NCBI RefSeq assembly: GCF_006345805.1
Contig: NW_021834672.1
Span: 1 to 64,000, forward strand
From: Octopus sinensis
Lineage: Eukaryota
Reading direction: 5' to 3'
DNA length: 64,000 bases
Both the position numbers and the translations under genes were made by a program. This document shows positions 38,771 through 51,602 of this stretch, piece after piece; the first letter of the stretch is position 1; each line of letters starts with the position of its first letter. The notes under the pieces were generated by a model. The model ran no database searches, was not told where the DNA came from, and saw nothing but the letters and a program-made list of their open reading frames with translations.

Positions 38771-39446
38771 TCTTTCTCTCCTTCTCTCTTCCTCTCCCTC
38801 CCTCTCTCTTACGCTTGTCTCCTCGCTATTTATATTTACCACACTCTCTCTCACGCCTTCTCTGTATATGCATATCTCTCACACATGCTGCTCCCCTCTC
38901 TCTTTCTCTCTCTCTCTCTCGCTCTCTCTCCTCTCTCTGCTTCTCTCTCACATTGCTCCCTTATCGTTCTCTCTCTCTCTCTTGATCTATCAATTTTCTC
39001 TTCGTTATACATAATTTCTTTCGTTAGAAGCTACAACTTTGTCGTTGTAGCTTCTAATGTTTTGGCTTTTATTTTGTGAGAGATTTCTCTCACGCAGAAA
39101 ATGTCAGCTTCCAAATCCTGTTTTCTGATTGGGTAAAAATGATCAAACTTTAAAATTCTGTCACATTTTTCGAAATTTTTTCTGGAATCATAAAATCGGA
39201 TATAGCGTGAAAAATACCTCAATATAACTAATTTGAAACTTTTCACTTCGTTTTCAAAATCTATGACAGTAACAAAAATGATTCCCTCTCCCAATTTGTA
39301 TTTCTATGCTTTTTATACTTTGCTACTGTAAACTTTCTCCTTCTGTCAGAGGCGTAGCCAGGTTCTAAAGTAAGGGAGAGTGACCACATAAAAAAAGGCG
39401 CCAAACAATTTTTAATTAGAAATATTGAATTTCTAAATGTCTCAAA

Positions 39447-39771
39447 GAGACATGAGCGATGGTGGAGCGATAGAGTGGTTGTATACTGTCAACATAACGT
39501 GACAGTCCCGTAAGGGAATTACACTACCGCTGTTTAGCCCTAGGAAGCATCGACGCTTCCTGTCGGCTTTGACACATTTCCTGTGTCCTTATATTTGCAA
39601 AGGGGAGGCAAGCACCCCCACCAGCTAGGATTCACACCTGAGAACATGCATGTTTCTGGGTCTTTACCCGTCATCAGCCCAGGATAGTGAACCTGCTAGT
39701 TGAGATGCCTGTCTAGCCTTCGCAATATATATATATATATATTTACAGTGAAATCTATTCACTGATCACCG
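39447..39771 (-). mobile_element. Hammerhead-containing structured element (retrozyme-like), copy 2
   Basis: Flanked by a 34-bp perfect direct repeat TAATTAGAAATATTGAATTTCTAAATGTCTCAAA at 39413-39446 and 39772-39805; same hairpin order as copy 1. Confidence 0.8.
39629..39693 (-). ncRNA. Type I hammerhead ribozyme with intact core
   Basis: GGUUCAC-UAU-CCUGGG / CUGAUGA (39677-39671) / C-GGGU-AAAG-ACCC-A / GAAA / C-AUGCAU-GUU, cleavage after 39643 / CUCAGG-U-GUGAAUC; helix III palindrome ACAUGCAUGU. Confidence 0.88.
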
Positions 39772-39825
39772 TAATTAGAAATATTGAATTTCTAAATGTC
39801 TCAAATTCGTTATCTTATATTACGT

Positions 39826-40130
39826 GGGTGCGCAATGGCCCAGTGGTTAGAGCAGCTGACTCACGGTCGGAGGATCGCGGTTTCGATTCCCAGACCGGGT
39901 GTTGTGTGTGCTTATTGAGCGAAAACACCTAAAAGCTCAGCGAGGCTCCGGCAGGGGGTGGTGGCGACTCCTGTTATACTCTTTCACCACAACTTTCTCT
40001 CACTCTCTCTTCCTGTTTCTTGAGTAATGCTGCAATAGACTGCCGTCCCGTCCAGCTGGAAGGGGGGGAGGACAAACGCCACAGAAACCGGGAAACCGGG
40101 CCCATGAGCCTGACTAGGATTGAAAAGGGC
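39826..40130 (+). mobile_element. SINE-B head with variant 3' part (tail type 3)
   Basis: Head GCGCAATGGCCCAGTGGTTAG..GTTTCGATTCCC; tail ..GAAACCGGGAAACCGGGCCCATGAGCC..GAAAAGGGCG. Confidence 0.85.
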
Positions 40131-40575
40131 GAGAAAAAAATGTTATATTACGCGAGATATTTCATTGGTTATCATATTGGTTATCATATTCTACATTCAT
40201 TAATTTCATGTATACAAAACTTACAACAGCTGATATAAGTGTGACATGCAAAAGATGAAAGTTCACGGATTGTCCTAGTTTCGAGTGGTTATGGCGTCAG
40301 GGTTTGTTTGATTCTTCAGATGTCAACGGCCACCAACGTAACACAGGAGATTGAGCAGACAGTTCAAAAGCACGGGAGATTGATCAAATAAAGTAATGGC
40401 TCCAGAAGATTCTTCCAGGGCCATAAGATACCAAAAAATACGAATGAAATTCGATTTTTATCACACAAGTGAACTAAAGAGTTAAAAATAATTGTTGAAA
40501 AGGCGCCAATTCTGAAAATTGTGCTCGGGATGGTGGGGAGCGATTGCTTCCCTTGATCCCCTATTTGCTACACCA

Positions 40576-40616
<41 letters not shown>

Positions 40617-40619
40617 TTA

Positions 40620-40800
40620 TATGAAAGAATGGAGTTGAACGACGAATTAACAAAATTCCTTTATTTTCGACATATGTTTCGAAGGCTGCATATTCCTAAT
40701 TGCGAAGGAATAAGGAGTACATTATGTCTTCTCTGATGTGAATTTGCTACCCAGGTATCGGTTAACCGAATTATCCATAACAAGATAATTCATTCTACTA
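40620..40800 (-). mobile_element. PLE-type terminal fragment with a degenerate hammerhead
   Basis: Minus strand CAGCCTTC-GAAA-C-ATAT-GTC (palindrome ACATATGT, GUC triplet); the CUGANGA box is decayed; inserted after (TA)n. Confidence 0.4.
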
Positions 40801-40934
40801 CTCAAATATATATATATTTATTTATTTATTTATCAGATTCTCTCACTTTTTCACTGTATATGTATAAGATGCGTCAATTAGATAAGGGCATAAAAGCCTC
40901 GGTTGCACAGATAGAGGAGACGATGTCTCGTTTC

Positions 40935-41242
40935 AATTCAAGCAATTTCAATTTGCAATGAGTCCTAATTTTGTCATAAACATCAATAAATCTCAAGAAC
41001 AAACACTTTTGGTTGCCGTTTTACAACTTGAAGAGTCCTGATTCATCCAAGTAAGAAGTCTTTATATCTTTGCACCAAATGGTAGAACAAAAAACGTTAT
41101 CAATTCCCCTAAATATGCAGAAATCCGTCCTGACCAACGTTTAACTGTCGGGGAAGACATGGTCGAAAATGAAATTAAAAAATTATTTAAATAAATGCAT
41201 TCTATTGTGAAATGGCTCGGCAACGACGGGCTACTTAGCTAC
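40935..41242 (+). mobile_element. Helitron 3' end remnant
   Basis: FQFKQFQF..ININKSQEQTL and SLYIFAPNGRTKNV (Pif1 helicase C-terminus), terminal hairpin GCTCGGCAACGACGGGC and CTAC in place of CTAG. Confidence 0.7.
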
Positions 41243-41244
41243 TC

Positions 41245-41518
<274 letters not shown>

Positions 41519-41609
41519 TTCCAATCACATGGTACCGTGCATCTTGGGCAAGTGTCTTCTTATAAGACATAGGCGATTTAGAAAGTGTTGAATCTTACAT
41601 ATATCAACG

Positions 41610-41947
41610 CAGAAACCTTCTGGCACCTTGGGCAAGTGTCTTCTGTTATAGTCTCGAGCCGACCAAAGCCTTGTGAATGGATTTGGTCGGCGGAAACTGA
41701 AAAAAAACCTCCTCCAATATATGTATATGTTTGTGTGTCTGTGTTCGACTTCATCCCACCTCACCATCGCCTGACAACTGATGTTGGCGGGCTTATGTCC
41801 CCGTGACTTAGCGGTTCGGAAAAAGGAGATAATAGAATAAGTACTAGGCTTACAAAGAATAAGTCCAGGGGTCGATTTGCTCGACTAAAGGTGGTGCTCC
41901 TGCATGGCCGCAGTCAAACGACTGAAACAAGTATAAGAAAATAAAAG

Positions 41948-41948
<1 letters not shown>
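41610..41948 (+). mobile_element. SINE-C
   Basis: Central domain and complete tail ending ..ACTGAAACAAGTATAAGAAAATAAAAGAAT plus (TA)n. Confidence 0.88.
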
Positions 41949-41984
<36 letters not shown>

Positions 41985-42216
41985 ATATATATGTATGTAT
42001 ATATATATTATATATATATATATATAATATATAATACATATATATATATACATATATATATTATTATATATAGATATATATATATATATGTTATATATAT
42101 ATATACATATATATATGTATATACATGTATATGTGTATATACATATATATATGTATATATATATATACATATATAATATATGTATGTATGTATGTATATA
42201 TATATATGTGTGTGTG

Positions 42217-42250
<34 letters not shown>

Positions 42251-42859
42251 AGCACATACAATTACACACATATACACACACTCAATTCACTCCTTCTCAA
42301 CGTATACTTTATTACGGAGACAAAAACGCATTCGCAACCATACCTGTGATAGAATATATTTTAAAAACCCTTACAAGAACTAAAATAAAGGACATAAACC
42401 AATACACATACACACATACATACACACAATACGCACATAAGTTTATACACAAACACATATAGCCATAAACACACATACACGTAATGTAATCACATGACTA
42501 ACACATTGATAAAGGGCGGATTAATGCAGAATAACAAAACAAAACTTTAACATCTTCACACAAATACCACAATAATACACACACACATATATATATATAT
42601 AGACATATATATGGACATACTTGTATATACATACTTATATATACATATATATATATACATAAGTGAATAGATAAATAGGTAGATATACAGAAGGATAGAT
42701 AGATAGATAGATACTTATATATACACACTTATATATACATATATATACATATATATATATATATACATATATACATAACTGAATAGATAAATAGGTAGAA
42801 AATGGATAGATAGGTTGATAGACAGACAGACATACAGACAGACAGACAGACAGACAGAC

Positions 42860-42937
<78 letters not shown>

Positions 42938-43354
42938 TGAGAGCGAGTTTAGAAAAGAGGAGGGAGAGAGAGATACAATCAATCTCACACAGATAACGAA
43001 AGAAACCAGCACAAAGCGATTTATTTGCCAATATTTACGAGTTGAGTCACTAACACACACAGACATAGATGGAATCTAGCACTTTCTTAAAAGGCCACAA
43101 TAGCAACAAGTGTAGTATACACACGCGCACGCCAATGAGAGGCCTTCTCAGTCACAAAAACAAAATACCAGTTATATACAAATATATATATTATATATAT
43201 ATATACACGGAATATACACGCGCGCACACACACATATATAGAGACAGAGAGACAAATGCCAACACAGTGAGTGCAACAGACACATAGAGACAGGTGCAAT
43301 TACAGACACACATACACACACATATATGTATGTATATTTATTTTTATTTTTCTC

Positions 43355-43560
43355 TTTTACGTGTTTCAGTCATTTGACTGCGGCCATGCTGGAGCACCGC
43401 TTATGGTCGAGCAAATCGACCCCAGGACTTATTCTTTTGTAAACCAAGTACTTATTCTATCGGTCTCTTTTTGCCGAGCCGCTGAGTTACGAGGACATAA
43501 GCACACCACCATCGGCTGTCAAGCGATGTTGGGGGGACAAACACAGACACACAAACATAT
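43355..43560 (-). mobile_element. SINE-C 3' half
   Basis: GTTTCAGTCATTTGACTGCGGCCATGCTGGAGCACCGC..GGGGGACAAACACAGACAC. Confidence 0.9.
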
Positions 43561-44168
43561 ACACACACGTACAAATATATATATATATATATATAGAGAG
43601 AAGAGAGAGAGAGAGTGAGAGGAAAGAGAGAGAGATGCACACAGAGAGTGTGCACAGACACATAGAGACAGGTACTATTACACACACACATATATACAAA
43701 ACGTACACGCATGTATGTACATGTGGATGCAAACACCGAACACAATGTGTGCAGACTCGTTATGACCAAATCGTTAAGAAGTTTGCTACGCAACCACGAA
43801 ATTCGGCGTTCGGTCTTAGTCCTTGTCATTTTAAATAAATGTAATTTTTTCTGTAGGTTTGGGTCGATCCATACATCTTAAGTGAAATAGCGTAGAAGGA
43901 AACTGTAGACAAACTCGTCGGATGGATTACTGTTACTCTGCAAAAAGTACTGCCTTGTCATACACTTGGGTCACGTTGATTCTAACTGAGAATTACGTAT
44001 AACGGTATGCGCTTCTGTGGAATACTCAGTCACTTTAACGTGTGCGTAATTCAGTCGATCGAACATCATTTAACGGATGACATCTGCTGCCTATATGTAT
44101 ATACCATAGATACATACATAATACATACATATATATATGTGTGTGTGTGTGTGTGTGGTGTGTGTGTG

Positions 44169-45397
44169 CAGGGTGCGTAAGATATTTGTGGCAGATTTAT
44201 GTTTATAAAAAAAAAAAACAGATATATAATAACAGATAATAACTTTATTTATGAGGATAAAAATAAACCTTTTCTTTAATGTTATTCAATAAAGCCACCT
44301 TCAGCTTCAACAACTCCTTCTATATGAGATCTAAGTCATCTACATGCTCGATTTAAGACGTCTTGGTTCATTTTGGACATTACTCTGACTATGGCAGCTT
44401 TCAAAGAATCTTTGGTGTTATGGGAGTGTTCATTGCCCTCTCTCTCAACAACGCTCCACGTGTAATAGTCCAATGGATTGAGGTCTGAGGAAAAAGGAGG
44501 CCAAATGTTAGGGTTACATGATCATGAAAACTTTCAGCCCTCCATTCGTGTGTTACTAGAGCCATGTGTGATAGTGCAGAGTCTTATTGGAACAAACATG
44601 GCCTTCCAATGCATACACTGTCTATCCAGGGCTTAACAATTATTTCCAGGACCTCAATATAGGCGACAGAGGTAACCCTAAGGCATTGTGGAAAGAATTA
44701 AGGAGGCATCACATATCTTTCATTGCTGACAACCCTAAAACCTTGACAGTTACATGAAATTTTGAATGCATAACACTTGGAACTTCAGAAGATCCTGCAC
44801 ATATCCATCTATCATTTCTTCTGTTAACTTTTTGATCTTGGTCGAAGTTTTTCTCATTTGAGAAAAACTAAATCAAATCTTCTTCTGCGGGATTATTCAG
44901 TTTATTTAAGAGCCTTTTAGATCTGATGTAGTGATTTTCTTTAGCTTTTTCTTACAAATTGACCTTTCCTCATCATAAAAGACATATCTGATGTCTTCGT
45001 AGACAACATTTCTGACTGTTCCTTCTGGCACATGGAGATATTTTGCAATTGACCTCAAGGAATTTCTGGGATTGTTATCAATGTTCTGTTGAACTTGCCG
45101 GATAAATTCAGTTGTTCTGATGATTTCAAAGTGTTTAGAATGTTTGTTTATGCTTTGATACTGGTGATGCGTTTCCATCTTCAGTCTCGAGCTCTTTACA
45201 AACTTTGTAGAAGAAAGATCGGGCAACTTTTAAAAATCGAAATATTTCTAAATCGCTATACAAAGCCTAATAACAGCATGCCTTTTCATTTCTTGAGTAA
45301 GCTGAGGGTCCGCTATTATTATTTTCTGAAACAAAGATTATACAGAGTTAGCAAAATATGCAGCAATGACCCCAAACATGTATTCCTTACGCACCTG
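44169..45397 (-). mobile_element. Near full-length decayed Tc1/mariner (DD37D, maT-type) transposon
   Basis: TIR CAGGGTGCGTAAG / CTTACGCACCTG plus TA; transposase EMKRHAVI..RTTEFIRQVQQNIDNNPRNSLRSIAKYLHVPEGTVR..FFSNEKNF..FQ*DSALSH..WPPFSSDLNPLDYY..VEAEGGFIE* (stop 44282-44284); 37 residues between D2 and D3 after one frameshift correction. Confidence 0.9.
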
Positions 45398-45444
45398 TAC
45401 ATGCATGTATGTATGTATGTATGTAGGTAGGTAGTATATATATA

Positions 45445-45486
<42 letters not shown>

Positions 45487-45490
<4 letters not shown>

Positions 45491-45640
45491 CACGTGACCA
45501 CGTGACCGACCAGACCATCTGGTCACAATGCGTTGGCGTTGTTTTAGCTTCGAATGACGCCACCCCGCTGACTAACGAGCAGGCCACAGAGAAGAGTGGG
45601 AGAAAGAGTGGTGAAAGAGTACAGCAGGGATCACCCCCCC
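45487..45640 (-). mobile_element. SINE-B tail type 2 fragment
   Basis: Reverse complement of the 1900-2064 tail (GGTCGGTCACGTG end). Confidence 0.75.
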
Positions 45641-45641
45641 C

Positions 45642-45700
<59 letters not shown>

Positions 45701-45879
45701 GTATATATGTATGTATCCAGCATGAATACGTGCATACAATCATATACACAGAGCCATACACTCGCCTGCAAGCACCTATATTATTCACTTTGCTTCTGAT
45801 GTACATACATACATGCATACAAACAATATATATATATATATTTACATATATGTGAGTGTTTGTGTGTGTTTGCTTGTGC

Positions 45880-45914
<35 letters not shown>

Positions 45915-45917
<3 letters not shown>

Positions 45918-46062
45918 GACAGGCTTCTTTCAGTTTCTGTCTATCAAATCCATTCATGAGGCTATAGTAGAAGACACTCCCCCAAAGTGCCATGCAGTGG
46001 GACTTAACCCGGAACCATATGGCTTAGTAAGCAAGCTACTTACCACATAGCCACTCTTTCGC
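45915..46062 (-). mobile_element. SINE-C 5' half
   Basis: TTCTTTCAGTTTCTGTCTA..GAAGACAC..GCAAGCTACTTACCACATAGCCACTC. Confidence 0.8.
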
Positions 46063-46129
46063 GTATATGCATATATATATATATATATTATGCACACACA
46101 CACAACCACATACACACACACACACACAT

Positions 46130-46163
<34 letters not shown>

Positions 46164-46649
46164 GCACGCAAACACATGCGAGAATATATAGCGTAGAGCA
46201 ACCAGTTGCTACAAATCAATAGCAGAAGCAAGTTAATAGAATCAGAAATTGGGTAAAGTCGCCAAGTTAAGAATCAATCTTCGTTGGGAAGTGATTTGTT
46301 CGCCATAATTTGAACAACCAACCAACTGACCAGCCAACCAGTTCTTCTGATTAACGTTGTTATACGAAACAACCAATATTTGCATTGAATTCCTATTATC
46401 GTTGTTCTTCTCTTTTTTCTTCTTCACTTTCTCATCGCATGCCTTTTTTTCTTCTCTCTCCATTTTTTTCTCTGTTGTTGTTGATGTTTTTTGTCGCATT
46501 TTATTCGCCTTCTCACTTTTCCTTTTTGCTTTTCGCCTTTTTTTCATTCACCTTATTTTTTCCTTTTTAACCCCTCTTTCTCTCTCCCCTTCTCGCTCTC
46601 TCTCTCTCTATCCTTTTTTATCATCTCTCTCTTGCCCTCTCTCTCGGTT

Positions 46650-46693
<44 letters not shown>

Positions 46694-46871
46694 TCTCTCC
46701 CTTTCTCCTTGTTTATTAACTCTTTATCGCTGTTGCTAGCCTTTTCGCCCTACTTCCACTGATTCTGTACTTGGTTCTGCCTTAAATTTGAGCAATCAGC
46801 CTCATATCATCACCTGATTAATAGTGATAAACTGAAGTTTAGAAAGAAAGGCATGTCGTCCAAAAAAAAAT

Positions 46872-46923
<52 letters not shown>

Positions 46924-47572
46924 TACATTATTGCGCCACCAGCACGAATTACACAATCTGCAGTGGCATGGCTACATACTATCGAGTGTGAAAAAAAACA
47001 GGTATGAAAAACGACAGTTTCGAAAGAAATGAAGGCTTAAGAATGATACAGCAACCTGGGGCTGATCCATAGATCCAGGATGACTCTTAGCCGTTCAAGA
47101 ATTTGGACCTAGAGATCTCCATTTCCAGCGACTTCGAGGGCCACCTCCCAGTGGTTTCTGGCGTCAACGAAGAGCCCTCGACTACAACAAGACGACCAAA
47201 GTTTTTTTTTCCAAGATCTGGGGTCTCCCGCCCCTAAGCCCTAGACCATCACCTAATCACCCTTACCCGTCTTGTTGCTTAACAACAACAACGACAATGA
47301 TGACTCTTACGTCTAAGAACGGGTACTCTCTCCTAGCTGTGCATGCTGAGAAAATAACCAGTCACTCGAACCTTACTTACCACCTACACTTAACTTTTAG
47401 CAAACTTACTGGATAACAGTAATTTCTGGTATACTGAAAACGGAAGGTGTCTGTCCTCAGTCTTTTCAAACTTGTCCATCATGCGGTGCCTTTCACTTAA
47501 TTATTGTCCCCAAACATAGGAAAATTGTTTGCTTTTCCTCAAAAGGAAAGCAACAAGGCTATCCTAGACGGT

Positions 47573-47878
47573 TGTTGTTGTTTGTTCCTTCTCGAGCCAT
47601 ACCTGGCTCATAGAGCCGGTTTCCCTGTTTCTTTCGCGTATAGGTTCCCCACCTGGACGGGACGCCGGTCCGTCGCAGGTGAGCTGCAAGATACAGGAGG
47701 AAAGAGTAAGAGAAAGTTGTGGCAAAAGAGTCAGCATAATTTCTCCATTACCTTCTGCCGGAGCTGCGTGGAGCTTAGGTGTTTCGCTCATAAATACACA
47801 CATCGCCCGGTCTGAGATTCGAACCCGCGATCCCTCGACCGCGAGTCCGCTGCTCTAACCACTAGGCCATGTGTCTCC
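47573..47878 (-). mobile_element. Full SINE-B
   Basis: 15-bp TSD GCTATCCT(A/G)GA(C/T)GGT at 47558-47572 and 47879-47893. Confidence 0.92.
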
Positions 47879-48019
47879 GCTATCCTGGATGGTGGACCCA
47901 GCCAACAGCCGGATACGTCCTAGATGTGAGAACAGTTGTTCGAAATAAGTCTTCCAACAGTAATGCTGGGGCACATAAAGTTAGCATAATCTGCACCTTA
48001 CAACACTTCCTTGTCGACA

Positions 48020-48420
48020 GGAATTTATTCAGAGACGGAAATACCCATATCCTACATAACACTGTCAGACCAATGGTCGATAATCTCTGAAATGAAATTC
48101 CTCTGGAAGAGACGGGTCTGTTTATCGCCCACAATTCTCCGATCGCGTAATCGCTCTGCCCTGCCCCAAACATACTATGGAACGCAAGGGTTAATATTCC
48201 ATTGGTTACAACTCCAGATTTCGAGCCCCCCATGCCAGATGTTCAATCTTAATCGTTGCTGTAGCTTCGTCAAAGACACAGTATATGGGAAAACGCCCAA
48301 GAATATCCGCAAAAGTTGCAACATCAGTACAAGTGAAGGCAAAATCAGGGACGGTACAGAGATTCTTTCTGCGTTCGGGGTGTGTGTAGAAAATTGACCT
48401 TGCGATCCGTGACATGCATC
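48020..48420 (+). mobile_element. Possible highly decayed mariner-like transposase C-terminal fragment
   Basis: RDGNTHILHNTVR, TPDFEPP and SFVKDTVYGKTPKNI in shifting frames resemble QDGAP.H, SPDL.PLD and GFVKD.VY..P. Confidence 0.4.
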
Positions 48421-48899
48421 CCTTTCACAAGACTCGAAAAACCAGGACTTCCCAATTTAATCTGATGCGAAACAGTCTGGATCAAGGAAAAACGGTGAGG
48501 TGATAATAAATTAGAGAGACGATAGACGAGTTCGATATCCGTCTCCGACATTTCAGAGATTGCTTCCTCCCGAACAATTTGTAGGTGAAACTGACCATTC
48601 TTTACACGTGCGCTCGCGTGCGCGCACACACACATACACACACACATAAATGTATATATATATTGCAGCAGATATCCATCATTTTCCTTCTAACTCAGTT
48701 CTAACTTCATGTTTACGACACATTTCCATCCCTACTGAACACTTTGGAATGACCTTTGTTTGAAGAAAGCCGAACAGTCTTAGGTAACATTTGATCTGAC
48801 GATTGCCTTTGCCCTCAGGAAATTTAAAGTAACAAACCATTAATCAAATTGACTCATACATCCACTCACTTCTTCTCACTTCAGCACGCAAATATATGT

Positions 48900-49651
48900 A
48901 GATGGGTACAGTTGGTAGGTAGGTAGGTAGGCAGGTAGGTAGGCAGGTAGGTAGATAGGTAGGTAGGTAGGTAGGTAGGTAGGTAGGTAGGTAGGTAGGT
49001 AGGTATGTAGGTAGATAAGTAGGTAGGTAGGTAGGTAGGTAGGTAGGTAGGTAGGTAGGTAGGTAGGTAGGTAGGTAGATAAGTAGGTAGATGGGTAGGT
49101 AGGTAGGTGGGTGGGTGGGTGGGGGGTGGGAAGGGTGAGTAGCGTTGATAGGTGGGTAGGTAGGTGGGTAAGTAGGTGGGTAACTAGGTAGGTAAGTAGG
49201 TAGATGGGTAGGTAGCTAGATAGGTAGGAAGGTAGGAATGTAGGTAGGAAGGTAGGTAGGTAGGTAGGTAGGTAGGTAGGTAGGTAGGTAGGTAGGTAGG
49301 TACATAGGTAGGTAGGTAGGTAGGTAGGTAGGTAGGTAGGTAGGTAGGTACATAGGTATGTAAGTAGCTAGCTACGTAGGTGGGAGGGTAAGGAAGTATG
49401 TAGGGTGGGAGGGTAAGTAATAGGTAGGTAGGGTATATAGGTACCTAATGTAGGAAAGTAGGTAGATAGGTAGATAGATAGATAGATAGATACATACAGA
49501 CAGACAGACAGACATACATACTTAGACACAGAGACAGAGACACAGACGAACAGAGAGACACAGTCAGACATAGAGATATATATTGATGGGCAAATGAATA
49601 GATAGAGAAATACATACATACATACATACATACGTACGTAGACAGATGAAT

Positions 49652-49734
<83 letters not shown>

Positions 49735-49735
49735 T
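48900..49735. repeat. (GTAG)n/(GGGT)n then (GATA)n/(GACA)n tetranucleotide field
   Basis: Direct inspection. Confidence 0.95.
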
Positions 49736-50204
49736 CACACGCACATACGCACACACATACACACACTCACGCGCACACGCCAGTATAGTGCTCTCACGAT
49801 GGTGATGTTGGGTATTAAATACGCATGTGTGACGAGAGATTAGATTTCCTCTGCAATGTAATGTAGGACAAAGAACAACGGATGTTATCAATGGAATGGA
49901 AATTGTTTTGATGTATTTTAAATAAGGGATATTTCATTATTTCCTCTGCTGTCCTGACGGAAAGATGGAGGGGGAGGGGAGAGTGAGATCGGATGAGGCG
50001 ATGAAGAAGACGGAGAGACGGGGGTGGACGGAACGAGGGAGGGATAGAGAGAGGAGAAAAAACGGCGAGACGGTTGTAGAGATGGCTTAAAGAACTAGTT
50101 GTAGTGTGTGAGTGAGGAAGAAGAGCGTGTGTGCGTGTATGTGTGCGTGTGCGTGTGTGTGTGTGTGTGTGTATGTGTGTGTGTGTGTGTGTGTATGTGT
50201 GTGT

Positions 50205-50243
<39 letters not shown>

Positions 50244-50299
50244 CGTTTGTAACCGTGTATACCATTGTCATTGTCTGCAAATATATATATTCTTTTCTG

Positions 50300-50750
50300 T
50301 CGTTCTTTTATTCTTTCATTTGTTTCAGTCATTTGATTGAGGCCATGCTGGAGCACCGCCTTTAGTCGAGCAAATCGACCCCAGGACTTAATCTTTGTAA
50401 GCCTATTCTATCGGATTCTTTTGCCGAACAGCTAAGTTACGGAGCCATAAACACACCAACATCGGTTTTCAAGAGATGGTAAGAGACAAACACTGACACA
50501 CAAACATATACATATACATATATATATATATGACGGGCTTCTTTCAGTTTCCGTCTACCAATCCACTTACAAGGCCTTGGTCGGCCCGAGGCTATAGTAG
50601 AAGACACTAGCCTAAGGTGTCACACAGTGTTTCATGATCAAATCCACTCAAAAGGCTCTGGCTGGCACTATAATAGAAGATACTTGCCTACAGTGCCACC
50701 AGCGGAACTGAACCCGTAACCATAAGGCTAGGAAGCAAACTTCTTACCAC
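50300..50750 (-). mobile_element. SINE-C, near full length with duplicated central part
   Basis: Tail at 50300-50360, internal (TA)n, central domain and head to about 50750. Confidence 0.85.
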
Positions 50751-51164
50751 CACAGCTTTATATAATAAACAATATGAAAATTGACTATTACCGTAGTGGA
50801 TGATTTAATTTGCATGTTTGTGCTTTTCACGGCTTGTCATTAATTAAACCATATATTTTATTACAACAATACGTAAATTAGAAGTCTAGTCTAGCGTTGG
50901 TCTGACCTTGGGCAGGGCCTGTGCATGTGGACCTTCTCTAGCATTCTCTATACGACCTGGGTGGGCCCGTAGCCTCTCCTGCCGCCGTTGAGTTGATCAC
51001 TGGAGCTTCGGCTGCCATGACTAAACTTGGGATAGATACTGAAGTGGTATCCCGTTGCCTTCTCCAGGCAGATCGGATTAATGTTGAAAGTCGGAAGATA
51101 CATCGTAAATCATCCCTACAGATGCAGCAGCGATTCTGTGAATTCTCCCACCTACCGAACAATG

Positions 51165-51275
51165 TGAAATAAAGTGTTTTACTAAAGAAGAAACGCACCG
51201 CCCGACCCGGGAATCGAACACACAATCTAGCGATCGTTAGAGTAACATCTCTAACCGCTAAGCCACGCGCCTTCA
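51165..51275 (-). mobile_element. tRNA-derived SINE head fragment (similar copy at 51725-51840)
   Basis: Minus strand GGCGCGTGGCTTAGCGGTTAG..GTTCGATTCCCG A and B boxes. Confidence 0.75.
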
Positions 51276-51308
51276 CAAAACAGAAGTAAGGAGACCAGTA
51301 AGATTGAC

Positions 51309-51602
51309 TTTATTTACTGCCCATGGGCATATGGTGTAGTGGTTAAGAGTGCGGGCTACTAACCCCATGATTTCGAGTTCGATTCCAGGCAGTGACCTAA
51401 ATAATAAAAATAATAATAATAAGAAGAAGAAGAAGAAGAATAACATCGAAAAATACCTTAGGTTCGAAATTTCCCCCCAAGACACCTTATGAAGGCTGGA
51501 GGGTATATCAGCCGAAACGTTGTGCTAACAACAAACAAGATGAGGACAAATATCCGTCAAATGTAAATAGTGTACATAATTCCTCATCGCTTAAATATAG
51601 AA
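51309..51602 (+). mobile_element. Chimeric element: tRNA head, (AAT/AAG)n spacer and PLE-type tail with hammerhead motif
   Basis: 13-bp TSD CAGTAAGATTGAC at 51296-51308 and 51603-51615; head 51325-51397; hammerhead-like 51482-51525. Confidence 0.85.

Larger units (their letters stand above)
39347..40578. mobile_element. MITE-like element with CAG(T/A)GGCGTAGC-type TIRs, host to nested insertions
   Basis: Left CAGAGGCGTAGCCA and right GCTACACCACTA (degenerate inverted); AAGGCGCCAA subterminal repeats at 39395 and 40500. Confidence 0.5.

Noticed and set aside
47130-47195. HDV-like ribozyme fold (GAGGGC/GCCCTC, ACC-UCCCAGU-GGU, CGAA)
   Set aside because: P2, P3 and L3 fit, but P1, P1.1 and P4 cannot be formed together; at best a decayed motif, and an Infernal search would be needed
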